Below are positions 41,185 through 51,230 of a stretch of 64,000 bases of DNA, piece after piece. A program made the translations under genes and the position numbers. The notes under the pieces were generated by a model. That model was given only the letters and a program-made list of their open reading frames with translations. It did no database searches and was not told the origin of the DNA. Source of the DNA: Candidatus Sumerlaeaceae bacterium. Lineage in GTDB: Bacteria > Sumerlaeota > Sumerlaeia > Sumerlaeales > Sumerlaeaceae. The number at the start of each line of letters is the position of its first letter. Position 1 is the first letter of the stretch. The stretch lies in NCBI GenBank assembly GCA_051003195.1, contig JBPCLP010000005.1, forward strand, positions 19,605-83,604, written 5' to 3'.

Positions 41185-41463
41185 TCCCTTCACCTTGAGC
41201 ACGCGCTTTGCTCCGGCTATGCGTAGCACTTCGTTGCAAAACGGAAAAATCCATTGCGAAACCACCGCGCTCAGAACGCGGAACGAACGCCACTTCTCCC
41301 ACGCGCCGCAACGACGCCAAGACGAAATTTCAGCCAAAGCGGATGAAAGGTTCAACAGAGCGCTCGAAGCCAGTCACTTAATCGACCGGCGGAAATCGTC
41401 TTCGGTAATGTATGCGTTCGAAACACCTTGAGCGCACGCGAACCTCAACGTCGTTCTGCACCG

Positions 41464-42642
41464 ATGAATGTGCAGGCGCTTGAACACATCTGGGGTGAAG
41501 CATGCGAATCGGAATGGGCCCGTGCAGCGCGAGAAGCGCGCGCTTCCGGCAAACCGATATTTGACCTGGTCAATGCGAGCCCGCTGGAGCACGGCCTCGA
41601 ATACCCAGCCGCATTGCTGCACGAGATCTTTTCCGACGCCTCCGCGGCTTTGGGTGCCTATGCTCCCGATGCAAAAGGACAATTCGCTGCGCGCCTTGCC
41701 ATAGCGCAATACCACGGTAGCGACGTTGATCCAGGCAACATCCTGCTGACGCCCGGTACCAGCCTTTCCTATTACTATGCGTTTCGTGCGCTCGCCGCCG
41801 GCGGTGAGGAAATACTGTGTCCATCTCCTTCCTATCCGCTCTTCGAAGATATCGCGACTCTTGCCGGCGTTCGCCTGCGACATTATCATCTCCAGCCGCC
41901 GATAACAGGTTGGCACTGGCACTTCGACCTGGACGATCTCCTCTTTCAGATCACACCCCAGACACGAGCCATCGTTCTCGTCTCACCGCACAATCCCACT
42001 GGGTCGGTGCACTCTGCACAAGAACTCGCCGCGATATGTCAGGCTGCGCAAAAACACAACCTGGCGCTGATTTTTGACGAGGTGTTTCGTGAATCGGTGC
42101 ATCAGCCCGGCGTGACTGTAAATCGTCCCACGCAATACGATCCGCCTCTGTGCATCACCATAAATGGTCTCTCGAAAATGCTTTCACTGCCCGGCCTGAA
42201 AGCCGGGTGGATGGTCGTCGAGGGCGCGCCGGATCGAAAACAAAGTTTTTTGAACACATGCGAGTATCTTTCCGACACGCTGTTGTGCGTCAGCGAAATC
42301 ACGCAGCACGTTCTCCCAAAACTGATGCACCATTTGCCCGCCATATCGACGGAATTGCGCGCAAAGCTGACGAGTCGCATGCGTGAGTTCGCCCGCGCGT
42401 GGAACGAAGCCGGCTTCTCTGTGCAGCTTCCCGAAGCTGGACCCTACTTGTGCGTGCCGATTCCCGCTGCCTGGCGCGGGCGCGACGAGGAAGCCAGCGT
42501 GCTGCTGGCCCGCGAAGGCATTCTGCTGCACGCAGGCTCGGCTTATGGCATACCCGTGCCGGCCCTAGTTACGACGTGTATTGCTTCTCCGCCGTGGCCG
42601 CTCGGTCGCATTGCCGCTGCGCTCCTCGGACCCTTCTCCTGA
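41464..42642 (+). CDS. PLP-dependent aminotransferase class I/II (alternative start 41428)
   Basis: SPHNPTG, FDEVF, GLSK. Confidence 0.85.
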   Translation: MNVQALEHIWGEACESEWARAAREARASGKPIFDLVNASPLEHGLEYPAALLHEIFSDASAALGAYAPDAKGQFAARLAIAQYHGSDVDPGNILLTPGTSLSYYYAFRALAAGGEEILCPSPSYPLFEDIATLAGVRLRHYHLQPPITGWHWHFDLDDLLFQITPQTRAIVLVSPHNPTGSVHSAQELAAICQAAQKHNLALIFDEVFRESVHQPGVTVNRPTQYDPPLCITINGLSKMLSLPGLKAGWMVVEGAPDRKQSFLNTCEYLSDTLLCVSEITQHVLPKLMHHLPAISTELRAKLTSRMREFARAWNEAGFSVQLPEAGPYLCVPIPAAWRGRDEEASVLLAREGILLHAGSAYGIPVPALVTTCIASPPWPLGRIAAALLGPFS

Positions 42643-44304
42643 TTTCTTAGCCGCCGCCGCTGCCGCTTCAACCTCAGGAGCCGTTCCGCCCACGCGAAGG
42701 TAATCCACTGCCCAGTGGGTATTCTTCGATGCGCTGTTCTTGCCCTGGCCTACGACCGTAATGGTGTGCTTGCCTGCCGCGAGGCTTCGTTTGCCGAGGG
42801 AAATAATCTCCGGCCTCACCACCTTCGAATAACCATCATACTCAGTCAGCGGCTCGCCGTCGAGCGACATAGCAACCTTTCCATAATCCGGCGCTTTGGT
42901 TACACGCAGCACCGCCTTGCCGCTTTCTGAAGCGGTCGTCTCAAACGTCAGCTCGAACGACTGATTCGCCTTTTGGTTTCTCACCCAAAGGTGATCATCA
43001 TTGAACCATTTGCGCCCCTCGACCGAGAACGACGCCAGCGTCTGGCTCTCTGCCTCGATCCCTCCCCCACTGCTATACTGCATATAGTTGAATTCATGAA
43101 TTCCGGGCGCACCCACAGGCGGCGCGAACTTTGAAATCCGCTCTGCCGCCGGCGGTAGCGTGCTCTTCAGCGGCCGCGGCGTCGCCTGGTACCAGTAGGC
43201 CACGCTGGTATAATCGTTATTCCGAACGGCACGGGTATTATCAAATCCGCTCGCCCCGTGCTCGATCTCCATCTTCAGCGACTGCTTAAACGTAATCGGG
43301 CTTTCCAGGTGAAGCCGGTACACGTTCCAGTAGTTGTCCGAATCGTGCGTCAGCTTCGTGCGCAGCGGCAGGCCGAAGTAATGATTATAAAATGTCTCCC
43401 TGTAGCACCACGCGCCGCAAAAATAATCCTCGCTCCCGGTGCCCCACAGCGACGGCGTCGCCTCTCCATCAATCGTGAAGATATCGTCGCCTTCGCCCCA
43501 CCAGCCTCCAACCTGCGTGTGAATTGACAGGCTCACCCCGGCGAAATGCCCCGCCCCGCCATCCGTATCGAGGATCAGATACGGCGTTTTATCCGGGCAG
43601 GGAAACGCCTGGTGATACTGCGCGTGGAAATACCCCACGTTTTGCGGCAGCTCGTCAAACTTCCGCCAATCCACATAATAATAATACGCATCGATCGGCG
43701 TCGCGCTTTCATTCGTGATGGTCACGCGCGCCGACTTCGCAAACGGCATTGGCCAGAACGCGTTCATCCCTTTGTCCGATCCAATCGCCTGAACTGGATT
43801 GTTAAAGATGTAATACTTCGCGTGCCCTAATCCGTAAAAGTCGCCGATGGGGCTCTCGACAGAGGGATAATCATTTCCGTCCCAGTAGATGCGGATCACG
43901 GTGTCGCGCAGGTGGTTCTCGTTGGCAGAAGCAATCGTCGTCCATAGGTGCGTAATCTCGCCCGGCCCCTGCAGCTCGGCTGCGGTAAACGTTGCCCCTG
44001 GCTCGATCCGCCGCATATCGGCGTTGCCCTTGCGGTCATCACTGGCCACCCGCATCGAACGGTAATTGCGCAACGCGGCAAGGCTTGTTGGCAACCCTGT
44101 CAACGGGTTGCGGCTGTCGTTTGCCTTCACCTCCGTCGTCACCGGCTCGACTGCAGCAGAACTCGCCGTGGTGTTCTCGGCGTTAGTTGCCGGAGCTGAA
44201 GTCTCGACAGCCGCTACCTCGGTCGCGGAAGTCTCTTCCGCGTAACCTGGCAAACTCAGCGCAACACCACCAGCGAGCGCGATCACAAATCCAAAACGGG
44301 TCAT
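42565..44304 (-). CDS. Secreted DUF2961/GH172-family protein
   Basis: GPGEITHLW, WPMPFAKSA, WWGEGD, GTGSEDYF; GGAGG RBS. Confidence 0.88.
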   Translation of the reverse strand: MTRFGFVIALAGGVALSLPGYAEETSATEVAAVETSAPATNAENTTASSAAVEPVTTEVKANDSRNPLTGLPTSLAALRNYRSMRVASDDRKGNADMRRIEPGATFTAAELQGPGEITHLWTTIASANENHLRDTVIRIYWDGNDYPSVESPIGDFYGLGHAKYYIFNNPVQAIGSDKGMNAFWPMPFAKSARVTITNESATPIDAYYYYVDWRKFDELPQNVGYFHAQYHQAFPCPDKTPYLILDTDGGAGHFAGVSLSIHTQVGGWWGEGDDIFTIDGEATPSLWGTGSEDYFCGAWCYRETFYNHYFGLPLRTKLTHDSDNYWNVYRLHLESPITFKQSLKMEIEHGASGFDNTRAVRNNDYTSVAYWYQATPRPLKSTLPPAAERISKFAPPVGAPGIHEFNYMQYSSGGGIEAESQTLASFSVEGRKWFNDDHLWVRNQKANQSFELTFETTASESGKAVLRVTKAPDYGKVAMSLDGEPLTEYDGYSKVVRPEIISLGKRSLAAGKHTITVVGQGKNSASKNTHWAVDYLRVGGTAPEVEAAAAAAKKSGEGSEERSGNATERPRRRSNTRRN

Positions 44305-44482
44305 GAGAGTTCCTCCAAAAAAGTCTGGCACGACAGGGACTGCCGACAGCGGGTCCAGCACCGAAAGCGCGGTAGTCAGGGAAACTCCACATCGCCTCGT
44401 CAATCAAATCCAGCTTGCACTGCGCAGCTCACGCTTCTGCACTGCCTGCCGTTTCGTAGCCAGTAACCCCGGGAGCGCGCGC

Positions 44483-46012
44483 TTGCTGCTGTCCATGGAA
44501 CACATATCGAAATCTTTCAGCGGTGTTCCCGTTCTGAAAAATGTCTCCTTCGATGTCCAGCCCGGCGAAGTGCATGTGCTGGCCGGTGAGAATGGTGCCG
44601 GCAAAAGCACGCTCATCAAGATACTCGCCGGCGTACATACGGACTACCGCGGAACCATCAACCTCGACGACAAACCCATCCGCTTCGACTCCCCAGCGTC
44701 CGCTACCCGCGCCGGCGTGTCGGTCATTTACCAGGAGATGTCGCTCATCGGCTCGATGAGCATTGCCGACAATCTCTTCCTTGGCCGCGAGCGCAGCGTG
44801 GCAGCATGGCTGCTGCGCGCCCGCCAGCGCCAGCTTGCCACCGCGGCGTTGCAAACACTCGGCCTCGACATCGACGTCAACTCGCACGTCGACGAATTCC
44901 CGATAGCCGTACGACAGCTCATCGAAATCGCGAAGGCCGTGTCGCTCGAAGCGCGCGTGCTCGTCATGGACGAACCCACCAGCGCACTCGCGGACGCCGA
45001 AGTCGATCGCCTGTTCGCGCTCATCGCGCAGCTCAAGGCGAAGGGCTGCGGCATCGTTTATATCTCCCACAAGATGCAGGAAATCTACCGCGTCGCCGAC
45101 CGCATTACCGTGCTGCGCGATGGCACCCACGTCATCACCGCACCGGCGGCTGAACTGCCCGCGAACGACCTCGTGCGCAGCATGGTGGGCCGCGACCTTC
45201 GCCAGCACCTCGGCCGGTGCGAAGCCCCCCCGCGCCACCCCGACGACCGGCCGATGATCGAGCTGCGCGGACTTACCCTGCGCGACCCCGCCGGCACGCA
45301 GCGCAGGCTGCTCGACGACGTGGCGCTCGACGCCTACCGCAGCGAGATCGTTGCGCTCGCCGGGCTGCAGGGCTCCGGCTGCAGCGAAGTCCTCAACGTG
45401 CTGTTCGGCGTCTTCGGCTCAAAACTCACCGGCGAAGCGCGTGTCGCCGGCAAACCCTACCGCATCGCCTCACCCCGGCATGCCATCCGCCGCGGGCTGG
45501 CGCTCCTTACCAACGACCGCAAAGAAACCGGCGCGCTGCTCGAGCGGCCTGTCCGCGAAAACCTTACCCTCGCCGCGCTGTGGGCTTTCAGTCCCGGCGG
45601 CCTCATCCGAAAATCCTCTGAGCGCGACACCGCCCGCGAATACCAGCAGCGCCTCAACATCCGACTCAGCAGCCTCGAGCAACCGCTCGCGTCCCTGTCC
45701 GGCGGCAACCAGCAAAAGGTGCTGCTGGCCAAATGGCTCATCACCAAACCGCGCATCCTGCTGCTCGACGAACCGACCCGCGGCGTCGACGTCGGTGCGA
45801 AGCAGGAGATCTACGACCTCATCTTCCGCCTGCGCGACCAGGGTTGCGCCATCCTTCTCGTCACGACCGAGATGCCCGAGCTGCTGGCACTGGCCGACCG
45901 CATCGTCGTGCTCCACCGCGGCCGCGTCACCGCCCAACTCGCCGGACGCAACGCCACCCAGGAGCAGGTGCTCAATGCCGCCATGGGCGAATCGGAAACC
46001 GCCGCCGCATGA
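44483..46012 (+). CDS. Sugar ABC transporter ATPase (RbsA-like); start approximate
   Basis: GENGAGKST, DEPTSAL, LSGGNQQKV, DEPTRGVD. Confidence 0.92.
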   Translation: MLLSMEHISKSFSGVPVLKNVSFDVQPGEVHVLAGENGAGKSTLIKILAGVHTDYRGTINLDDKPIRFDSPASATRAGVSVIYQEMSLIGSMSIADNLFLGRERSVAAWLLRARQRQLATAALQTLGLDIDVNSHVDEFPIAVRQLIEIAKAVSLEARVLVMDEPTSALADAEVDRLFALIAQLKAKGCGIVYISHKMQEIYRVADRITVLRDGTHVITAPAAELPANDLVRSMVGRDLRQHLGRCEAPPRHPDDRPMIELRGLTLRDPAGTQRRLLDDVALDAYRSEIVALAGLQGSGCSEVLNVLFGVFGSKLTGEARVAGKPYRIASPRHAIRRGLALLTNDRKETGALLERPVRENLTLAALWAFSPGGLIRKSSERDTAREYQQRLNIRLSSLEQPLASLSGGNQQKVLLAKWLITKPRILLLDEPTRGVDVGAKQEIYDLIFRLRDQGCAILLVTTEMPELLALADRIVVLHRGRVTAQLAGRNATQEQVLNAAMGESETAAA

Positions 46013-47064
46013 CCGACTCTCAAACAGCGCCTGACACCAGCATCGACACCTCCGCGGCACCGGGGCAGTATAAAAGCTCCACGCGCCTGCGAAACCTGTT
46101 CATCCATCCACTCACCCGTGCCCTCGGGGCGCTCGCGCTCGTCGTCGCGCTCGGCTTCATCTTCCACGCCGACGGCGCCTTTCGGCAGTGGGGCACTCAC
46201 CGCGACATGCTGCGCCAGCTCTCCGTGTACGGCATCCTTGCCTGCGGCATGACACTCGTCATCATCTCCGGCGGCATCGACCTGGCGGTCGGCAGCGTGC
46301 TGGCGCTGGGCGCCGTCATCTTCGCGCGCCTGTGCATCCACTGGCAGTGGTCCGCGCCGACCGCTATCGCCGCCACGCTCGGCTGCGGGCTTGCGGCCGG
46401 GCTGGTGTCCGGCGGACTCATCGCGCGCTTCCGTATCCAGGCGTTCATCGCCACGCTCGCCATGATGGTCTTTGCCCGCGGGCTTTCAAAAACTCTGTCC
46501 GGCGGACAAAAAATTTCCACCGCCGTCGTGCAGCCCGATGGCGTCTACAAGTACGTCGAGGCCCCTCCCATTTTCGACCTCCTCAATTCCCGCGTTTTTC
46601 ACGACCAGGTCGCCGTGGTCACCCTCGTCTTTCTCGTCGTGCTCGCCATCACCTGGGTGCTTCTGTCGAAACTGCGTTGGGGACGCTACGTCTACGCCGT
46701 CGGTGGCAACGAGGAAGCCTCGCGCCTGTCCGGTGTTCCCGTCGGCGGAACCAAACTGCTGTGCTACGGCCTCAGCGGCTTGTTCGCCGCCATTGCCGGC
46801 ATCTGCCAGGCCGCGCAGGAAGTGCAGGGCGACCCCGAAGCCGGCGTCGGCTACGAGCTCACCGCCATCGCGATGGTCGTCATCGGCGGAACCAGCCTCG
46901 CCGGCGGGCGCGGCGGAGTCGGCCTCATGCTCGTCGGCGCGCTCACCATCGGATACCTCGAAAAAGTACTCAGTATCAACGCCGTCCCCGAGGCCACCCG
47001 CCTCATGCTCACCGGCGCGATCATCGTCGGAGCCGTCCTGTTCCAGCGCACCCGCAGGAGCTGA
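46009..47064 (+). CDS. Sugar ABC transporter permease (RbsC-like)
   Basis: GGIDLAVGS, AVGGNEEASRLSG, ELTAIAMVVIGG; ATGA overlap. Confidence 0.92.
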   Translation: MTDSQTAPDTSIDTSAAPGQYKSSTRLRNLFIHPLTRALGALALVVALGFIFHADGAFRQWGTHRDMLRQLSVYGILACGMTLVIISGGIDLAVGSVLALGAVIFARLCIHWQWSAPTAIAATLGCGLAAGLVSGGLIARFRIQAFIATLAMMVFARGLSKTLSGGQKISTAVVQPDGVYKYVEAPPIFDLLNSRVFHDQVAVVTLVFLVVLAITWVLLSKLRWGRYVYAVGGNEEASRLSGVPVGGTKLLCYGLSGLFAAIAGICQAAQEVQGDPEAGVGYELTAIAMVVIGGTSLAGGRGGVGLMLVGALTIGYLEKVLSINAVPEATRLMLTGAIIVGAVLFQRTRRS

Positions 47065-47101
47065 CCCTTGAACACTCTCTTGAAGAGCGTCCGCCGCTAA
47101 A

Positions 47102-47354
47102 GATGCGCGAATTCTGGACAAGCCACCATCGCGCCAGATCGCACCACGCGTCGAATCCATCCCTCGCGCCAGGTCGCACCACGCGTCTGATCCATCCACT
47201 CCGGCGAAACGACCACGAACGCGAACAAAAGACGCTCCCCGCTCCTGGGAGTGCGTCACCGCGTGCCGCACCGTACAACCCGGACAATTCCTTTTACGCA
47301 TCACCTGCGAATTTGCCAGGTTTGGCAACAGTTCGCAGCTGCCGCCAGAACTTC
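47102..47354 (+). repeat. Long repeat A, left copy (with an internal 35-nt tandem duplication)
   Basis: Aligns by eye with the reverse complement of 53475-53691. Confidence 0.9.
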
Positions 47355-47510
47355 TGTTTCGCGCATCTTGCGCGGTAGAGCAGGCTTCCAGCCTGCTGCG
47401 AGAAGAAGACTCAATCAGTCCTGGAAGCGCCCCGGGCAAATGTCTCGAGCCTTGCGCTCCCCAAAGCGGCGGCAGGCAAGCGGCACGCACTTCAAAACCA
47501 GCGCCGAGCC

Positions 47511-47560
47511 TCAATCAAACCTAATCAAAACTAATCAAAACGAATCAAAGCTAATCAAAG
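47511..47560. repeat. Five tandem 10-mers, consensus CTAATCAAAR
   Basis: tcaatcaaac ctaatcaaaa ctaatcaaaa cgaatcaaag ctaatcaaag. Confidence 0.9.
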
Positions 47561-47691
47561 AATTGGCGTCGCTCATTGGCATTTCACGATTTAAATCAAA
47601 CAGGCCGATGGGGTAATTTCGCCCTTTGATTTCCGTAATGTTCAGATCATGTGGCATCCAGTTCTTCGTTTGTTTCTTCGTCGGAGGCGAG

Positions 47692-47719
47692 TGCGGATTG
47701 CGGATTGCGGATTGCGGAG
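47692..47719. repeat. Heptamer tandem (TGCGGAT)x4
   Basis: Directly visible; last unit is TGCGGAG. Confidence 0.85.
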
Positions 47720-47812
47720 TACAAGCCGGACTCGGAATCGTCGGCGGCATGGACGGCGGGTTGCGTTGTCAGGGTCATCAAAATGTCTCCTTTCTGCTTT
47801 CAAGTTCAAGTT

Positions 47813-47842
47813 GGTAATTTCGCCACTTGAATAGCGGTAATC
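47813..47842 (-). repeat. Repeat B (30 nt); other copies at 47608-47639 (-) and 53290-53323 (+)
   Basis: GATTACCGCTATTCAAGTGGCGAAATTACC versus GATTACCGTTTTTCAAGTGGCGAAATTACC. Confidence 0.85.
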
Positions 47843-48447
47843 TTTCTGTAAGGTTTTACTCCTGTTGCAGTTCGTCTGCGTCGGTGCATTTCCGCTCAGG
47901 TGTCTTCTTCTATGGCAGGGAGTGATGAAGGCGAGGGAGAGCATGGGCTCTGGTGCGTCTTCAAGGCGGGCAGGAATGCCCGCCCTCCGTGCGTTGCATA
48001 TGTGTAGTTGAAGGACGCGGCGGTTGAAGGTTTCGCGGAGGCTGCTGGTGGTGATGAAACTGAAGCGGCGGAGTTGGGCCGGGCTGTTGCCTTCGGGTAT
48101 TTGCTGGAACCCGTCAACCGCAGGCGAGACGCCTGCGCCACCAGGGTCGGCGGCGAGTGGGGCGTCGCTCGGGCTGCTTTCGGGGTCGGGAAACTGCGTA
48201 TGTTTTATCATCATGAGGACCTGTGTAGCACAGGCTTTTGGCTAATGTAATTCCCGCAGCACCCCTTAGAGACCCTTAGAGCACCTTAAAGTGCAAGGTT
48301 TTGGATACAGTCGCCGGGCAGCCGCGGCCATGAAAAGAAACTGATCGGGAGCTGACACAAAAATCTTCCGCTGTTTCCCGGCTGTGTGTTAACAAATTAA
48401 CTGATGGCCTGTCCCCCTGTTTCCCCGGTATTTTAACCCTGAGCACG

Positions 48448-50448
48448 CTACGGATGCCTGGCAATTCGGACAAACGATACGCCGTGTCTTGGAACTTCGG
48501 CAGTGAACTGGTCGGTGCAAGGTTCAAGGTCTTTGTGTCGCCACAGGTCTCGTACGCTGTGTTTGCCCTGGATGCCCATCACATTCCAGTGAGCGGTCAG
48601 CTTCGCGGGCGTCTCGCTGCCGTTGCATAACCCCACCGCGTTCGAGCCATCCGACATGTGTTTTACCAGCAGGAAGCATTCGTCGCCGAGATTGGTGAGT
48701 GTTGCGCACTGACCCAATGGGTCCTGGTTCACGGCGATGACTTCGGGGTTGCAAAGGATGTTCAGGGTAAAGTCGTCGAGCTTATCCATATCGCCGCTGA
48801 ACATAAGTGGCGCCGCGGAGAGACACCAGAGGGACATGAAAGAGTATTGTTCGGACGGAGTAAGAGGACATGGGCTGGGTTCGCCCCCGGTGCGGGCGTT
48901 TCCGATGTAACCGATCTGGATGTAGTCGGGATCGTTCCAGTGGCCGGGTCCGTTCCACGCCCTGAAGGTGGCGTTGCGCGCGGCAACATCAAAGATGCGG
49001 TTCAGTTCAAAGCCCAGGTCACCAGCCGTACGCCATGAGTGCCCATGAACTTCCTCGCCCCATTTCCACACATCGTGGATGCCATACTGGCACAGATTGA
49101 AGAGGATATCGCGTTTCTGTTCTTTGATGATTCGACCCATTAACTCGTAAGGTTTCTTCATCTCTTCCAGCGTCGGTTCGGGTACGATTTTCCCATACGA
49201 GCAGAGATCGTACTTAAGAAGATCGAAGCCCCACTTTGCAAACTGGGAGGCGTCCTGCGCCTCATGCTGGTAACTGCCGCAGAACCCACCGCACGTAAGA
49301 GGGCCTGGCGACGTATAGATACCGGTTTTCAATCCTTTGCCGTGGATGTAATCTGTAAGAGCGTTCATGTTGGGGAAGTATGTGTTGCACAAGATATTGC
49401 CCTGCTCATCACGCAGCGGGCCAACGCGTTTGCTGTCGGCATGCCGGGGCGCGTTCATCCAGCAATCGTCGATGCAGACATAACTGTAGCCGGCGTCGGC
49501 CATGCCCGATGCGACCATTGCGTCGGCAGCACGCCGCACAAGGGCATCGCTGACGCGGTCGTAGTGGGCATACCAGTGATTCCATCCCATGTAAGGAGTC
49601 AGTGACAGAGTATCGCCGCTGACGATTTCCAAAGTCCGGCTGGTACTGCCTTCCTTGTTTGAAGCTGTAATTGAGATGCTATGGTGCCCGGCTGCAGGAG
49701 CGATGCCGCCGATTATGCCGGAACTGGCATCAAGCTGCAGAGTTGGCGGCAGATGCTGCGCGGCGAACGTAACAGGACGTGTGCCGCTGCATGGTATGCG
49801 ATACAGGAACGGGTTGCCGGGGCGGCATCCATACACCGCAGCGGAGTTAATCCGTGGCGCAGGTCCCGGTTTTGGAGTCAGTACAATGCGCTCTTCATCG
49901 GGCAACGCGACTGCCCTGGGTTTCTCACCGTGTACAATAAAGTTCGCGTCGGCCCAGTCCGCGTGATCGAACTGGTGCCCGTCATCGCCGGAGTCTACTT
50001 TCAGCAATAGCGCTTTGATGCCACTGAGAGAAACGTCCACTTTGCGGGGCTTGGTACCGGGCCGCATAATGCCGGAATCAAAGAGTTTGCGGTTATCCCC
50101 AATAACCAGAAAGCGCACGGATCCGGCACCTTTGGCTCCGTCATCCAATCCGACCATCGCCTGAAAGCGTTCGGCACCCGCGCCGAAGTTTATCCAGAAC
50201 GTACTCTCGGCGTGCGTGCCTACTCCGGAAGTAAAATTCTGGCCGGCGATAGACATAGATGTTTCGCGCATGGAACGGTCGATCTGCGGCTTGCCCCAGC
50301 TCTGCTGCATAAGAGTGAGGTCGAGGCTGCTCAGGGGAACGATAGACTTGCCGGAGGTTGTCGATATGTCCTGAGCATGCAGCTGTAGAGACGCCAGCAT
50401 CCATGGAATGATTAGCACGCAGCTTCGTTTACGAAATCGCACGAACAT
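48448..50448 (-). CDS. GH27 alpha-galactosidase with NPCBM and Ig-like domains
   Basis: GVGTHA (NPCBM), PYMGWNHW, IDDCW, LKYDLC, WRTAGD, WNDPD; AAGGAG RBS. Confidence 0.92.
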   Translation of the reverse strand: MFVRFRKRSCVLIIPWMLASLQLHAQDISTTSGKSIVPLSSLDLTLMQQSWGKPQIDRSMRETSMSIAGQNFTSGVGTHAESTFWINFGAGAERFQAMVGLDDGAKGAGSVRFLVIGDNRKLFDSGIMRPGTKPRKVDVSLSGIKALLLKVDSGDDGHQFDHADWADANFIVHGEKPRAVALPDEERIVLTPKPGPAPRINSAAVYGCRPGNPFLYRIPCSGTRPVTFAAQHLPPTLQLDASSGIIGGIAPAAGHHSISITASNKEGSTSRTLEIVSGDTLSLTPYMGWNHWYAHYDRVSDALVRRAADAMVASGMADAGYSYVCIDDCWMNAPRHADSKRVGPLRDEQGNILCNTYFPNMNALTDYIHGKGLKTGIYTSPGPLTCGGFCGSYQHEAQDASQFAKWGFDLLKYDLCSYGKIVPEPTLEEMKKPYELMGRIIKEQKRDILFNLCQYGIHDVWKWGEEVHGHSWRTAGDLGFELNRIFDVAARNATFRAWNGPGHWNDPDYIQIGYIGNARTGGEPSPCPLTPSEQYSFMSLWCLSAAPLMFSGDMDKLDDFTLNILCNPEVIAVNQDPLGQCATLTNLGDECFLLVKHMSDGSNAVGLCNGSETPAKLTAHWNVMGIQGKHSVRDLWRHKDLEPCTDQFTAEVPRHGVSFVRIARHP

Positions 50449-50657
50449 TGATTCTCCTTCAGTCATCGAGGGGAGATCGCTCCCGATCGTTGATAATGCG
50501 GAGCTGACCCAGAACTCGAGATCCCCAGAACTCCAGCCTATTATAAGTGCATGGCGCAATTAAAGACGTTTCTGCTAATATATACTCATTGCGTGCAGCA
50601 ACGCCGTCTCTCGCCAAGACAACGCCGCTTTCAAATCCCAGTATCGTGGAGACCCCC

Positions 50658-50894
50658 ATGAAGTACACAGCGAAGATTTTAGGCAGCGCTGCACTGGCAC
50701 TTGTCTGCGCCTCTGCTTTTTCGCAAACCTCCGTTACCCTTACCAGCCCGGAAGTTGACGGGGGCGCCACCAGTGCCCAGTTTGGTGCTTCCCTTGCCCG
50801 TAGTAAGCTGAACACGTTCTTAACGACCCCTCCCCCCAATTTCTCCGGGACACGCGCAGGAAATTCGATTGCATGCCTGCCCGCTTTTGTATGA
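50658..50894 (+). pseudogene. Probable 5' stub of a secreted FG-GAP/propeller-type protein
   Basis: GGAG RBS, signal peptide, TLTSP...AQFGASLA, then unrelated sequence and a stop 9 nt before the MNT gene. Confidence 0.45.
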
Positions 50895-50903
50895 GCTTTT
50901 ATC

Positions 50904-51230
50904 ATGCATTCGAAACCTTCGACAGCACCTCTGACAATTTCGGAGCTTCGATCGGCGCTGAAACCGATGTTTGACAAATATCATCTGAAGCGGCTGGAGG
51001 TTTTTGGCTCGGCTGCGCGTGGCGAACTCGCGCCCGGAAGCGACATCGATCTGCTTGTAACACCGGCGGACAATACGTCGGTCGCCGAACTGCTGGATAT
51101 GGCTGGCGAAGCGGAAGAGCTTGTCGGCCGCCGAGTGGATTTTGTGATACGTTCGCGCGTGGAGGCTTCGCCCAATCCGTACGCGCGGCAGCATATCCTG
51201 GATAATGCCCTGCTGCTGCATGGAAGCTGA
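50904..51230 (+). CDS. Minimal nucleotidyltransferase antitoxin (MntA-like)
   Basis: VFGSAARGE...SDIDLLV, RRVDFV. Confidence 0.9.
   Translation: MHSKPSTAPLTISELRSALKPMFDKYHLKRLEVFGSAARGELAPGSDIDLLVTPADNTSVAELLDMAGEAEELVGRRVDFVIRSRVEASPNPYARQHILDNALLLHGS

Noticed and set aside
47129..47197. CRISPR array from 35-nt repeats
   Set aside because: Only two abutting units, no spacer and no cas genes
47642..48214. 190-aa minus-strand ORF
   Set aside because: Runs through REP-like palindromes and the heptamer repeat with no recognisable domain; a decayed gene cannot be excluded
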